In this document: positions 40,101 to 53,298 of the stretch, piece after piece
How the letters are laid out: every line of letters starts with the position of its first letter
Position numbering within the stretch: the first letter of the stretch is position 1
Assembly (NCBI GenBank): GCA_028023455.1
Contig: JAQFVV010000009.1
Coordinates: forward strand, 7,812,001-7,876,000
DNA length: 64,000 bases
Origin: Epiperipatus broadwayi
Taxonomy: Eukaryota; Animalia; Onychophora
Direction: 5' to 3'
Notes under the pieces: model-generated
The model's input: the letters and a program-made list of their open reading frames with translations, nothing else
What the model was told of the DNA's origin: nothing
The model's database searches: none
Position numbers and translations under genes: made by a program

Positions 40101-42929
40101 GGAAAGAAATGATACGGAATATATACATTAAGCAATAAAAAATCAAATATAAAAAAATGATTAGAAACAGATTTCTAAAAGTCTAAATATATATATAATA
40201 TTTAAAAAAAAAAAATTGAAAAGCAAAGAGGAAAGATTTATAGCAGAAGTTTGATAGCTGAAAGTAAGATAAAAAAAATCGATGCCTCAATAAAAATGAT
40301 TAAAAATAAAATATGAGCAGAGAAAAAATATGAGAAAAGAAACAAAAAAAACCTGCTAAGTAAAAGGTGAAAAAAAAAGATGTTATAAAAAATCAATAAA
40401 AAGAGCATAATAAAAAAAAATAAAGAGAAAAGTAAACAAGTGAATTAATAAATGAACTGAAAATTGTATTTGTTTTTGATTGGACACTAAAAAATTATCA
40501 TTTAATAGTTTAGTTTTATGAAGTCAAGATTTTCAATTTTTTATGCATTCTATTATTGTATGACTACAGGTATTTGTATATATTTTAGACTATCTTTGAA
40601 TTTTGAGGATCAACAGAATGAATTAAATATTTTATAATTTATATTTATTAATATATTTTGCATGTCATGAATCAAATAATTCCATAATTTTTCATCATGA
40701 ATACCACAATTTTATTGTCATTAAGATAAATAGCAGAATTAGGTGTTACAAATTTAAAAAACTTTTAGGCAATATTGGATCACATGATTTAATGTTCAAG
40801 ATGATAATTTCTCTATATTGCAGGGATTGTAAAATTTGCAACTAATTTATTTTAATACAATTAATTCTAAAACAATAATTTTCTTCTTTTTTTTTATAAT
40901 TTTATTTAAAATTCAGGACCAGCTCTAGAAAATAATTATTTGTAGATAATTTAATAATTGTAATTTAATAAATATTTTATAAAGAAACATGGACAAATTG
41001 TAATACTAGAGGGAGCTGAAGTAATTTAATAGTAATCATAGTAAAATGTCTTTGACAATTCGTATCTTATAGGAAAAAAAATTAACAGTTCATAATCACC
41101 AATATTTGTGAGTACCTAAAGAGCCCTTATAAAAAAAATTACCAATTTTTAAGTACATTCTAAAAAACCAGGACTTACAAAACATTATTTTTTCTGTTCT
41201 GGCAAAAAAAATTTTTTTTCTGGTTTCCGGTTCAAAGTCTTGTAAAAACATAGTCACCCTCAGGTATACTTTCATCAAAAAAGTCACCCCCAATGTCTAA
41301 AAGTTTGGCCACCTCTGCTATATTGCATCTTATTTTTGAAGCTCTACTATCTATTAATGGTCTTTAATCATTAATCCTCCACAAAAAATAAATTTTAACA
41401 TTCAGATCAATAACAATCTTAGCCTTTTTGACAACCATTTCCTTCCCTCTAAAGAAGAGAACGTCTCCTTTTAGCATTCAAATCAGTTATACTTGCTCCC
41501 TTTTTATTACCTTTATTTATTAAAGCTTTACTATTTTCTTATTTAGGGCACAATTTTGAGGTAAATATTATAATTCTACCATCTTGGTCATTTCAATATA
41601 TAATTCAGAGGTTGTAGCCAATATTTTAGTTTATGAAAGCCATGACATAAAATTACATTATTTACATATTTATTATTAATGGTGACTTAAAATTTACCTT
41701 ATTTACAAGATTCTTTAAAAGACAAAAATATTTCAGTAAAAAAAATTAGAACTGTGTACATCCTAGATTTCTCAGAATTGTCAATAGCTGTCAAATGGAT
41801 GCAATGATCATTGTTGCTGGAGTAGACTATATAATTTTTCTAGTCAGTCCTTGAAAATTCAATATTTACATTTGGTGAAAATGATTATTTGGAGTGGCTG
41901 ATGTCATAATTGTGTGTAAAATAACTTTGACATCTTCACAATAATTTGATATTAAATAAATACTAAGCAAGGATAATAAAGAAAGATTTTGACCTGAGAG
42001 CTAACAAGTGCTAGTTCAGCATAAAATACATTACAGAAGTCATTTGCCTTTTCCAGATACTTTTATTCATGTGATTACAATATATGTGATAAAATGAAAG
42101 TTATAAGTATTTTATTACACATGGAAAAAGTGTAATTGAAACTGTAATAAATAATAATAAGTAAATTTATTTTTAATGAAAAGTTTAAAATATATATCTT
42201 AGGGTATTGGGTCTGGGGAGGATGGTATCATAGTTATGTAAAGAATAATATTATTTTACAATAACAATTTAAAATTAGATTCTGTATCAGGTTTTGACAA
42301 TTTTTGTCTCAGATTATATTTTTATCTTGCTATGAAAATTGACAAGTTGATGAAAAGGATAATTAAAAAAAAGCATGGAAATTTTTAAAAATATTACCTT
42401 ATCTGATGCTAAATTCTCCATAATTTTTTTGTTTATTGCACAATCAGTTGCTTGGTGACTTATTAATGTCTAAAATTGTTACAGTTGTTTATTATAGGGA
42501 CTATAATAAATCATTAGCACTATTTGTGTACACATGTGTCCAATCACACAAATACACAATATGTACAAATACATATGTACATATTTGCATATGAACTCAA
42601 AAATCATGTTTATAGTAATTTAAATTTACAAGTTAAGATATTCTGATATTTTTTCCCATGCAATAAAAAATGTTTGTGTTTATCAATCATTTAATTCTGC
42701 AATGGATTCAATCTTTGTGATATGAAAACTCCATAAGAATCAAATTTTAGCCATCCTATTCAGTCCAACACAACTCTGAATATTTATGTCCATACACAAT
42801 AAATTATTGAAGCATGGCCTATTTCTTGATTGTTATTACTATTCTTCCAGCATACCTTTCATTATGCCATTGTGTCTCAGAACTTGGCCCTATTTTTATA
42901 AATAATTCTTCAACAGGATTGATAACTTA

Positions 42930-43290
42930 AAAAAACATCATGTGGCTTTTACCAAAAAAAGATAATTGACCAGAACTTTCAAAAGAATTAGTACTGTATT
43001 TAATATCGATTGATTACTCAATGATTATATAAAATGGTTATCCAAATATTGATTTTAATGAATTTCAACAAAGACTGTGATTTGTTCCCATAGTTAGTAC
43101 TTATTCTATAAGTTCAATGTGCAAGAAAATACTGCTATTTTAGTGTGATACCATAGTTGGTAACATATCATCAATACATTAGCTGGCTGAATTATTTAAA
43201 TATTATTTCCATTTTAGAATTGTAAATATTTACAAGCTAATAATCAATGAATATTATTAATAGGGCTTACTGTGGCAATCTTCATAGTTC
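42930..43290 (+). mobile_element. Highly decayed LINE RT fragment
   Basis: HVAFTKKR (Q.GFR..RS-like) followed by ILMNFNKDCDLFP (LDF.KAFD.VP-like). Confidence 0.35.
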
Positions 43291-43399
43291 ATGTTTCTCA
43301 AGTAAAAGGAAACATGAAGATTGAATTTAGGGTTGATCAAAACCATGTTACCATAAAAGTAATATTAATGATATTTAATCAGTATTATAGATCAATTAA

Positions 43400-44110
43400 A
43401 CTGTGATATTTACTTCATCTCAGTATGTAACTTTTGAAAAGTGTAATCTTGGCATGTGAAACACTCTCTTGTTCTCCACCATATTTCACAGTTTTGGGTC
43501 ATTTGTAATGACTCATGTAACTTGTAGTAGTGATTTCCCCAATTTTATTTATTAAGTCATATGCCAATAACTCTACTTTTTCTTCTATGATAAACTTTTC
43601 TATAGTATTAAATTTTATCATTAAATTTTCTCAAATTTGTTGCTATTCTATCCATATCCTTACTAGCACTGATAGTTTTTTCTGATCTCAAGTCTTTCTA
43701 AAATAGTTTAGTTTCATGAGTGGTTTAGGGAATTGGAAGCATTTTCTGATAGCACCACATTTCAAATATATGTCCCTTTTTTCATCTGATTTCTTGAGTT
43801 TTTTCATATTTTAGCAGTGTAGAAAAAATAAGGCAAATATTTTATTTTTGAGGAGTCTTGAATTTTTTCTGTCTTTTTCATTTTTTTAGATCATTACTGT
43901 TTTTGCTACCTGCATATTTTCTAATCACATTGACCATTATATGCTTATGATCTGCTATCCTTCCTGAGGCAATGGTTAGTGACATAATTTATAATCATGA
44001 TTTTGATTTTTAGGGCATTTATTTTAATACCTTACCAGTTAATTTGTTTTGGTAACTTTTCCATAATGTATGTAAATGTCTCTTCATCCACAGCCAATAA
44101 CAGAGTGACA
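43400..44110 (-). mobile_element. Canonical RTE-clade LINE 3' remnant
   Basis: Minus strand 43766-43725 encodes FEMWCYQKMLPIP, the RTE FEMWCYRRML.IPW signature; flanking remnants fit. Confidence 0.65.
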
Positions 44111-44397
44111 TCAAAATATATAAAATATTTTTTTTATTTTTCATCTACCACTATATCTATCTCATGATCTCAGCCATCAAGAACATTGCATTTGAAGAAA
44201 AATGGAGATAAATATATAGCCTTTTGCAACTTAAAATTATATTGATAAAATTTGGCCTATTTTAATTTTTATAGAATTATATTCATAAGAATTTTAGATA
44301 AATTGTATCAGATGCATAAATACCCAAAAGTTCAAGAATATTGCCCTTAGTAAACTTTTTTTTTTAAATTTACAAACCACATGTGTATTTTTAAGAT

Positions 44398-44537
44398 CAC
44401 ATGATCACTATCTCATACTAGCACAATAATTGTTATTAAACAATTCAAAACAAAACAACACTCTCCATATAGTAGTGCCATCTTGTGCTAACAAGAGCAA
44501 TCAATGGATGCCACTACTTGTTTTGTTTTGAATTGTT
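44398..44537 (-). mobile_element. Family A foldback mini-insertion (140 bp; too short to include the ribozyme)
   Basis: 12-bp TSD TATTTTTAAGAT (44386-44397, 44538-44549); starts with CACATGATCACTATCTCATACTAGCAC like 48415; short inverted arm ending TTGTTTTGTTTTGAATTGTT. Confidence 0.8.
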
Positions 44538-45849
44538 TATTTTTAAGATATTACATTTCTTAGTTTTTCCAATCATCTAATGAACATTTCAATATCTATT
44601 CCCTCATCTTTCTTCTAGATATATATCATGATAATTTATCAGATATTTGCAGAAGAACAAATGCCTTTAGATGCTTATTAATTATGCAGAGTATTATTTT
44701 ATAAGTCTTTGAAATTTAAGTCAATTGTATATTATTCTAATTAGTTGAGTTAGAGTAGAACAAAAAATGAGTGACATCATTTGCTTAATAGTCCTACAAC
44801 AAAGATATTAAATATGTTTTCCTGAAGGTTTGTAATGATGGTGTTCTAGTTGTATTTTTATAATGGACTATTTCCATTATCTAATATGTGTGTTGAATGT
44901 CATTAGAAAAATTCAATTTTATTTAAATATTCCAAATACATTCAACTGTTAGTAATATCACAGCAAACAGGTTGGTATATTCACTAACTGTTAGTAATAT
45001 TAAATGATTTTATTTTACTGTGATCTCATATTTGTTTAGCTTCTTATTACATTCACACTGAGAGCTTTTCTATATTTAATTTCTATATATCTTTATCTAT
45101 TTGTGATCTAAGAATATCAGATTTTAGACCATTCTCTTCAATTGTTCTCTGAGAATATATATGATTGATATGAGTCATAGTAAAAATTGGAAATAATATT
45201 CCTTCCATAACTTAGTTATTTTAGTTTGTTTGTCCCAATATTTTCATCGGAGTTTTTAATTAGTTGTTTTTTGAATATGAGTTTTCCAAGAGATATGTAC
45301 TTTATTGTATATGTCTGATGATTAATTACTATTTGCATAGTAAAAAAAAGTTGTCATTATAGTAAGTATGTTTAATTCTATAATTTTTATCCTGTGTTTT
45401 TGCAATTTTTCATATTCTCATTTCACAAAATTTTTTCACTCTTTTATACTCAAATCCAATGTGACATTAAACATATAGTACTTATGTCTTTAAGGCATTA
45501 TTTTATTTATATAAATATTGATTGCTTCTGTTTGAAGCTTATTTCAGTAGTATAGTATATAAAATGTTCTATTTTTTAAATCTTTTCCATATTTTTTCCA
45601 TTATATTTCTTAGATAATCATTTTTTTCATATCTCTCACTTTTGCATTGGAATCTCTTATTAAAACAGTTATTTTTTTTGACATGAAAATCTTAATTGGA
45701 TCTACAAATGAGAAGAAATTTATTTAATTCAAATTTTGCATGTCAAACATTAGCAAGAAGGCATAAATTATGTGAAATCTACATGATTTTATTGGTAGTA
45801 TAATTGTCAATGTTCAATTATTTATTAGATTGTGGGCTTCAATATAGTG

Positions 45850-46230
45850 ATCTAATTTTTTGTTCATAACAATTACCATTTCATCCTATTGAAAAATCCA
45901 TCTGAGAAATAGACCACATGATTATCATGTAGTAGTCATATTCCTGCCAAGGTGACTCAAATATTTCAAAAAAATATTTTGTTCAATTAATAATTCTCAA
46001 CCTTAATATAAAATTCTTTTGTGCAACACTTTTTATACATTCCGTATGCCAAACAACAATTTCTCTTTTAGTTATAATAGATGTTTCTTTTTATAATTTG
46101 TTCAGTAACAGATTCACAATATTGAGACTGGGCATCCATGACTGCATTACCTTTTTCTAATTTCACACCAATTACCATTAATTGCAACTTGAATCACATG
46201 GCATATTCAATATTCTATGATTGTCACCAT
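45850..46230 (-). mobile_element. Decayed LINE RT fragment
   Basis: QVAINGNW...HGCPVSIL resembles NG....GVRQGCPLSP.LF; same strand as, and possibly part of, the RTE remnant at 43.4-44.1 kb. Confidence 0.35.
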
Positions 46231-48560
46231 TACATATTCTGGAAATAATATCTAACTAGTTTTCTCTGACTTACTCAAGCTTTATATTATTTGATATATC
46301 TGACTTGTTATTCTGCTCTTAGGATAAGAAAATGCTCTAGCTTGGTTTTTTAAATTTTGTTTTTGTAGAAAGTCTTTTTTGCAGCTGATGTGTCTCATCT
46401 CTCCTTGGTTGCTCTGTTCAGATTATGTTTCTAGAGGCACGAGATGACGTGAGGCATGCGTATGACAGAAATATCAATCTAGTAACGGGAGTCTGCCAGA
46501 AAATCTGAGTTGCCATCAGTGATCAACAATTTACATATTCATGATAATATACACTGATAAACGTAATGTATAATATTTTACTGAATTGTATATATATATT
46601 TATTAAAAAAACAACGCAAAAGTTAAAGTTTTATGGAAAATAGAGAAATAAAGCGCAATTATGAATTAAACAAAAGGAAAGACAATATTTATTTTCTTCC
46701 TATTCAATTTAAAAATAATTAAAATTTGACTAATTCCTTTCTAATAATTAAAAATATTTTTTTTCTTAGGAAAAATAAATGATGTCCTATTTTTTGATCC
46801 CAAAATAACTGGAAACAAATGTATCAATACTTTTCAGGATTTTTAATATTATAAATTAAAATGGTTTTATTTTTTATTCATCTTGTAATAAAAGGTTTTG
46901 TGATTCTTTAAAGTAAAAACATTATTAGGATAAATGTTTTTTATTTGCAATATGCTTTTTATTTAAATTTTTATGATTTAAATTTTATTAGAAGTTTTCA
47001 CTAGTTCCATAGATACATCAGAATTTAATAAAATCCAAAAAGTAGTGAAATGAATGATTTCTGGAGGAGAGAATTAGAATACTGTGCAAAAGTTACTTCT
47101 TGAATTTTAAAAAGAATTGCCTATGCAGATATGCACCTAAATAACACTAGAAAATCATATGGTTTATAAATTTTTCGATAGTCTTGGGAATGTTTTTTTA
47201 AAAAAAAAACAGCATTTAGAAAACAACCATGATACGGTAAAATAACAACACAACAGACTCGCACTTAAGGTTTTAAAGCACAGCAGTAAATTAGACAAAT
47301 TTGTTTATTGTTGCTGCTGATTCTTTCAAATATTTTTGAAAAAGCTTTTCTATTGGCAATTTTTATATGGCATTGTATTTTTAATAATAAGTTATATTTA
47401 AGTGCATTTTTTTTTAAGATATATTTTGTGGTTATACTGAAATACAAAAAATATATTTAAATAACTGTTCTGAAATAAATATCTTAACTCTAATTTCATC
47501 TTTAAGTAAAAAATATCAATTTCAAGTAATATGAACTATTGCTGTATTGAATCTACTTTGATATCTGAATTAAATATCTAACGTAATTTTGTATTTGTAA
47601 ATAATGAGAGATAAGTACAATTTACTCATTATTTTTTCTTTTTTTAATTTTTCATTTAAGCTCAATATTGTGCTTTTTATGAAAGTGTGAATAGTATTGA
47701 AGACATAAAGAACAAAAGAAGTATGCTCTGCAATACTGAGATACAAAAAAAATAGCAAATTTTAGATACATTGTACTATAATCACTCTCAAATTAAAATA
47801 GTTGCAGTATAGCATCCAATGTTTTTAGATCATTCATATAATTTTGTCAGCATGCATATTATAAGCTTCAGCCTAGAGAAACCATTTATCTCATAAACTT
47901 CTGATGAATAAAGTTTTCATTTTGTGAAGCATCAAAACTTTTTTATCTAAATATTCTATAATGTTATTCATCTTTTCCACCCAGAACATCTCATAATGAT
48001 AATTAATCAAAGAACTAAAAAGCTAAAACAAATATAACATCAAACAACAAACATAAATCAAAAAACTCTAAAATCAACTTTTCTTTTTAATAAATGACAA
48101 ATACCATTAACACACCCCAGAATTATTGGTGATCATTTTTCAATATTTTAAATTGTAGCCATAACTGTTTTATGTGATTTAGATTAATAGTAGAATGGTA
48201 GATTCTAGAGTTGAAAGATCTATAGATTGCAGTTCATTTCTTATGCTTGAACTTTATGTAATATTTCATGTAAACTTCAAAGCAACAAAACATTTATTTA
48301 TTTATTATATACTTAATTATATGCAATAATAAAACAACATCATTTAAAATATATAAAATAAAAAGGCATAAGTTCTAAGACAATAATAAAAAAGTTAAAG
48401 TAATTGCAACAAAACATCACATGATCACTATCTCAGACTAGCACATAATTGTTATTAAACAAGACAAAACTCTCCATACAGTAGTGCCTCCCTGTGCCAA
48501 CCAGAGTGATCAATGGATGACAGGGGACTTGTGCATAAAATCTCTATCTTGTGCCTATTC

Positions 48561-48619
48561 ATCCAATTTCCGCAGACTAGTTTCTGGCTTGTGGCCTTCG
48601 TCAGTGAGGAGCCTTGGAT
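48561..48619 (-). ncRNA. Type I hammerhead ribozyme, intact core
   Basis: Minus strand AUCCAA GGC UCCUCA CUGACGA A GGC CACAA GCC A GAAA CUA GUC UGCGGA AA UUGGAU: CUGANGA/GAAA core, GUC site, palindromic ACUAGU stem III, two-part stem I. Confidence 0.8.
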
Positions 48620-49247
48620 ATGAGAGCACCACCTAGATCTTAGGATCTAATGCAACCCTGCAGCAGCCACCTTTTAACTCTACTTAACTACAAAACTATG
48701 AGAATGAAATTGATATTTTCAATCTAAGCTCAATAGCTTATATAGTCATATGATCTCAGGTCAGCACCCATACATTTTGGTGTCTTTGGCTCTTTAACAA
48801 CCATAGCCACCACTATCCTATTAGACAGGATTAGTGTTAAACCACTAAACATCACATGACCGCTACATCATACTAGCACATAATTGTTATTAAACAAGGC
48901 AAAACTCTAGTTGGCATAGAGTGGCACTACTATACGGAGAGTTTTGCCTTGTTTAATAACAATTATGTGCTAGTATGAGATAGTGATCATGTGATGTTTA
49001 ATGGTTTACCACTAATTATGCATAATAGGATAGTGGTGTCTATGGTTATTAAAGAGCCAAAAGACACCAAAATGTATGGGTACTGAACTGAGTTCAGACC
49101 CATATGACTATATAAGCTATTGAGCTTAGATTGAAAATATTATTGTGATTTCAATTTCATTCTCATAGTTTTGTAGTTAAGTAGAATTAAAAGTGGCTGC
49201 TGGAGGGTTGCATTAGATCCTAAGATCATAGGTGCAGTGCTTTCAGA

Positions 49248-49305
49248 TCCAAGGCTCCTCATTGATGAAGGCCACAAGCCAGAAACTAGACTGGGGATAT
49301 TGGAT
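49248..49305 (+). ncRNA. Type I hammerhead motif, core-mutated copy
   Basis: CCTCA TTGATGA AGGCCACAAGCCA GAAA CTAGAC TGGGG: C3>U and GUC>GAC; stems conserved. Confidence 0.7.
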
Positions 49306-49429
49306 GAGTAGGCACTAGATAGGGTTTTATGCACAAGCCTTCTGGCATCCATTGATCTCTCTGGTTGGCACAGAGTGGCACTACTGTATGGAGAGTTTTG
49401 CCTTGTTTAATTGCAACAAAATCACTCCT

Positions 49430-50690
49430 CATAGAGGTAGTAGAGTTTTGGGTTCAACATTAGAAATGTTGGGATTAAAACTCGGGTTAACATTTTAGTG
49501 TTTGAATATCACATGGTCTGCTAAACAATTATCATTGTGTTACTTGGATTGATTCTCAACTGAATAATGTGGAACAAAACTCTGGACAAATGAATGAAAT
49601 GGTTATAGTTAATCTGTTACTAGAGTGCATATATGCCAACTTAAGAAATTACTATATGATTATATATTATTAATGAACCTTCACCTATTAACATAGACTT
49701 TGATAATTTGAGAAAATTGATCAGTCTAATGAAGAAATCATTCAAAATCATTTTGTTTGTCAATTCTCCACACACTGGCATCTAGTTAATTAATCAAAAA
49801 TTAATAGAAAAAGAAAATTGCAATTAAAATAGATTTCTAAAATTCATCTAAATTTACAAATCTTTAAAATATGTTCTTTTTAATCATACTATGATAATAA
49901 GCTTTAATCAACAAAACAATAATATTCACTGTTAATGATAAAAAAAATTCCAACATTTAAGAATGACCAGTGTCAATCATATTCTTGCAATATGCTTTAT
50001 ACAATTTATCATTTTTAGAAACATTTGTGTAAAATATAGTTATCTAAATAATAATGCAATACAAAATGATTTTAGAAAAGCCTTTGATCATGCAATAATT
50101 CAATGTTTATATAATTATGAGACAAATCTTTCAACAAAAGGCTACCATTTTTGTTCTTAATATAATCATACTAGTCTTAAAAAAATTTATATTTTCTAAT
50201 ATCGATGATGTTATGATAATTTTATTAGTGATTATCATCATTTAATTATACTTACTTTAGACAGTGTTTCATAACATGGTACATTTGTGAATAAATTTTT
50301 CACATCACAACTTACCAATATATAAGTTTTTTCAATGTTTATATTCTTGATTAATTCTATAAAGGTTTTAGAAGTTTTGACAAGGGACTGCGTCTTATAT
50401 GACAAAGAACTAAGAACTTTGAGAATAAATCTTGAGAGGTTTTGAAAAGATGCAATTAGTTGAGACATGCTTAATTAAAATCTTATAATTTATCATTTTA
50501 TCCAATTTCAATGAAAATTTAATAAAAAAATTGTTTTTCATAATGTCAAAATTTATTTCTATCAAGTGTGACTTAAAAACAAATGTTAAAATAAGAATTC
50601 CATTCTTATGGAAATATTGGTATTGTGAATTATGATATATCTTCTTAAATAAAATTATAGTAGTCAAGCAATTATGCATCTCTGGTCTTC
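49430..50690 (-). mobile_element. Penelope-like (PLE) RT remnant
   Basis: ORF 50238-50468 LSRFILKVLSSL...VKTSKTFIELIK...LVSCDVKNLFTNVP..ETL matches the PLE LVSFDV.SLFTNVP motif; YFHKNGILILTFV upstream resembles KIHK.G.PLRPIV. Boundaries approximate. Confidence 0.75.
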
Positions 50691-52019
50691 ACAGTCTAGA
50701 TTGTTAGCACATAGCATTAAAAAGGCAGTAAAAGCAAAGTGGTTGGTAGATCTAAATTTCTCACAGTTCATCATTGTAATTTCATTTTGAAGAATAAGTC
50801 AGTATTTTTCCTTAAAAATTACTATTGGCAAAGAATTCCTCATTGTGAAATAAAAATTTGGAAGCTTAGATGTTACAGTCATCATTAAAAGTTATTAAAA
50901 ATGGTCTAAACTCGGAAGCTTTATTTATTTTCATGGTAAAATGTTGACTGAAGATGATCTGCTTGTCATGAGGTTAAATTTATTTATGATGTATTTACAA
51001 GTGTTTTTTCCCAGTAAATTTTACAGATCGTTATTTAATACTGTATGTTAACTATATGATGTTGCCAAAAAGATATTTTGAAAATTCATACAGTAATCAT
51101 AATAACAATTTTCATTCATTAAACCAGAAATCTGATCAGATGGCATTAAACCATTTTATAAAAATCAAGATCAAGAGAATCATTAATTCTTTGACTTACA
51201 AGTGTAAAACTATTTTCTAAAATAAACACATCTCTGTTGATACATTATTGTATGACATAAAACTGTTTTTGTGTGTACTCATAAAAAAATTACAGTTTAA
51301 GAAACATTTTGAACTTGATAGCTATTATAAGATTCTGTAAAAAGTGATTGTATAATCATGTTTTTTAAACATTATCATTTATACTCTATCCAATTCTCAG
51401 AAATGATGGTCATTCAAAAAGTAACCGAAAAAGAAATCACAAAGAAATTTAATCCTAGAGTTTCTTAGTTACTGTAAAAATAATTTTATTTTCAAAACAG
51501 TATACACTTACGCAAATCATGACTATAACTGGCCAGCATAAATATTTATAAACCTTAAAAATAGATTTAACAAAACCTGTTCACAGAAGTTACACAGTTA
51601 AATCAAATATAAAAAGATGTAGCTTAATAAAAAATCCTGATATCAAGATTCAATTAAACTATTAGACTTATTAATCAATATTAGACTAGAATTTCAAACA
51701 TTATATATGTATATTTAACTTTATAGGAGATTCTTATTTAATTATAAAATAAAGTTTTAATGTATAATCTGGGATCTGTATATAATTTAGAGTTATAAAT
51801 TTAAAAAAATACTTTTAATTTAAAGTGATTCAACAAAGATTATAAGTACATGATGTAATTTCAGTTTGCACTACCTGTTTCTTAAGTCATATTTTGCTTG
51901 GTTATAACAGCTGAAATTTACCTGTAAAATACTTTTAAAAATCTCATTAAATTATTATATATATTGCATTCATTATAATTACTTATTTTATATATAATTT
52001 ATTATGTATTATGAACTTT

Positions 52020-53070
52020 TGAGAACATTATTTTTTTTAAATTCGAACCTGGTATATATTAATGTTTTCAGTAGTACCACCAGGTTGCATATATGATCAA
52101 TAAGCCATTTGTTTTCCGTTTAACATCTTCACCCTACCCTCCATTTCATTAGAAAATTGAAGTATTATTTAGTAGCTGAGAGAATAAATATTTTAAGTAT
52201 CCTATTTCCATTTTAGGAGTGTTTTATTACTCAGACTTTTTGTTATATAAAACAAAAATTATTTTATTGGAACTTATTGATGAAATTTTGTTTTCAAATG
52301 AATAGTAGTTGACTCGCTGACCCTAAAAGAGCCGCTGTTTGGGGGGGGGGGTCTGGATCTTTTTTAAAAAATAAAATTGAAAATGACCCGAAACTTTGGC
52401 TAATGCTTTATGAGTTGTTTTTTTTTTGTATATATATAATAAATGAGAAAAATGTTGAATTATTTTCTTTAAAAAAAAATTCTTGATTCGCATTTGTTAT
52501 TTTTTAAATAAAAAAATATTATTTTAAATGTCATTTAACTGCTTTTAAATAATTAAATTTTTACTATTTGTTCTAATTGAATATATAGTAATTTTTTTTT
52601 TTTTTTTTAAGAAAATTCTGTCTCAAATTGTTTTTCGATTGAGTAGACTTTTCAAGGTCATTTTTAATAGCATTCTAAGTTTTGCGTTTTGATCTTTTAA
52701 GAATTTCGTTAATAGAAAGTAATTTGGAGATTTAAATTTAATGGTGTGATTCTGAAAAGTTTACTAGAATCCATTGTTAAATATATCAATGCTCAGAGAT
52801 CTGTCGGTAAAAAATAAAATCTATCATATATTATATGTTTCATTTACCATTAGAGAAATTTATTTTCATCTTTGTAAATAATCCACAAATATAACCAAAA
52901 ATTATTTGCAGATTACACACGCAAATATAAAACATCATAGATCTCAAAATTCAAGGATATTAGTCAATCTTACACTTTTTTAATAAGTGAAGCACTTTTT
53001 TTTTTTTTTAAAAAAAAAAATTCATTTTGGGTAAAGTCTTTTTCTGGGAACTTTCACACGAAAAAAAAAT
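52020..53070. promoter_or_regulatory. CpG-retaining patch, possible promoter/unmethylated region
   Basis: About a dozen CpGs and a G-run (GACTCGCTGACCC...GCCGCTG...G11) in otherwise CpG-poor DNA; no start site identified. Confidence 0.3.
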
Positions 53071-53189
53071 AGAGAAGACAACAGTAACCAATCTTGCTAA
53101 TTTCCTGAGAGTGATGTTTTGAGCAGTATTTTTCATCCTTATTTTCTTTATCCTCTATCTAAAAGTAATTAGTTGGTTAATGTTAGCTA

Positions 53190-53298
53190 GGGGTCAGCTA
53201 CACTAGAGAAAAACTTTTAAGCCTCATGGCAAGAATTTTACTCAGCCTGGATTTGAATCCTAGGTGATAGACATGGAATGTGAAAGAACTACCTCTGC
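53190..53298 (-). mobile_element. tRNA-derived SINE-like head, second copy
   Basis: Minus strand ...CACCTAGGATTCAAATCCAGGC (B-box-like); similar to 29870-29970. Confidence 0.4.

Larger units (their letters stand above)
48415..49407. mobile_element. Family A ~1 kb palindromic insertion (Penelope pLTR/retrozyme-like) with two hammerhead motifs
   Basis: 14-bp TSD TAATTGCAACAAAA (48401-48414, 49408-49421); arms 48415-48908 and 48905-49407 are inverted copies of a ~435-455 bp unit, each running past one full unit; junction microhomology CTCT. Confidence 0.88.

Noticed and set aside
48415-48424. Family A end CATCACATGA matching the LINE (CATCA)n tail
   Set aside because: In ribozyme orientation the end is the reverse complement of the LINE tail, so LINE-type 3'-end sharing is not supported; likely coincidence.
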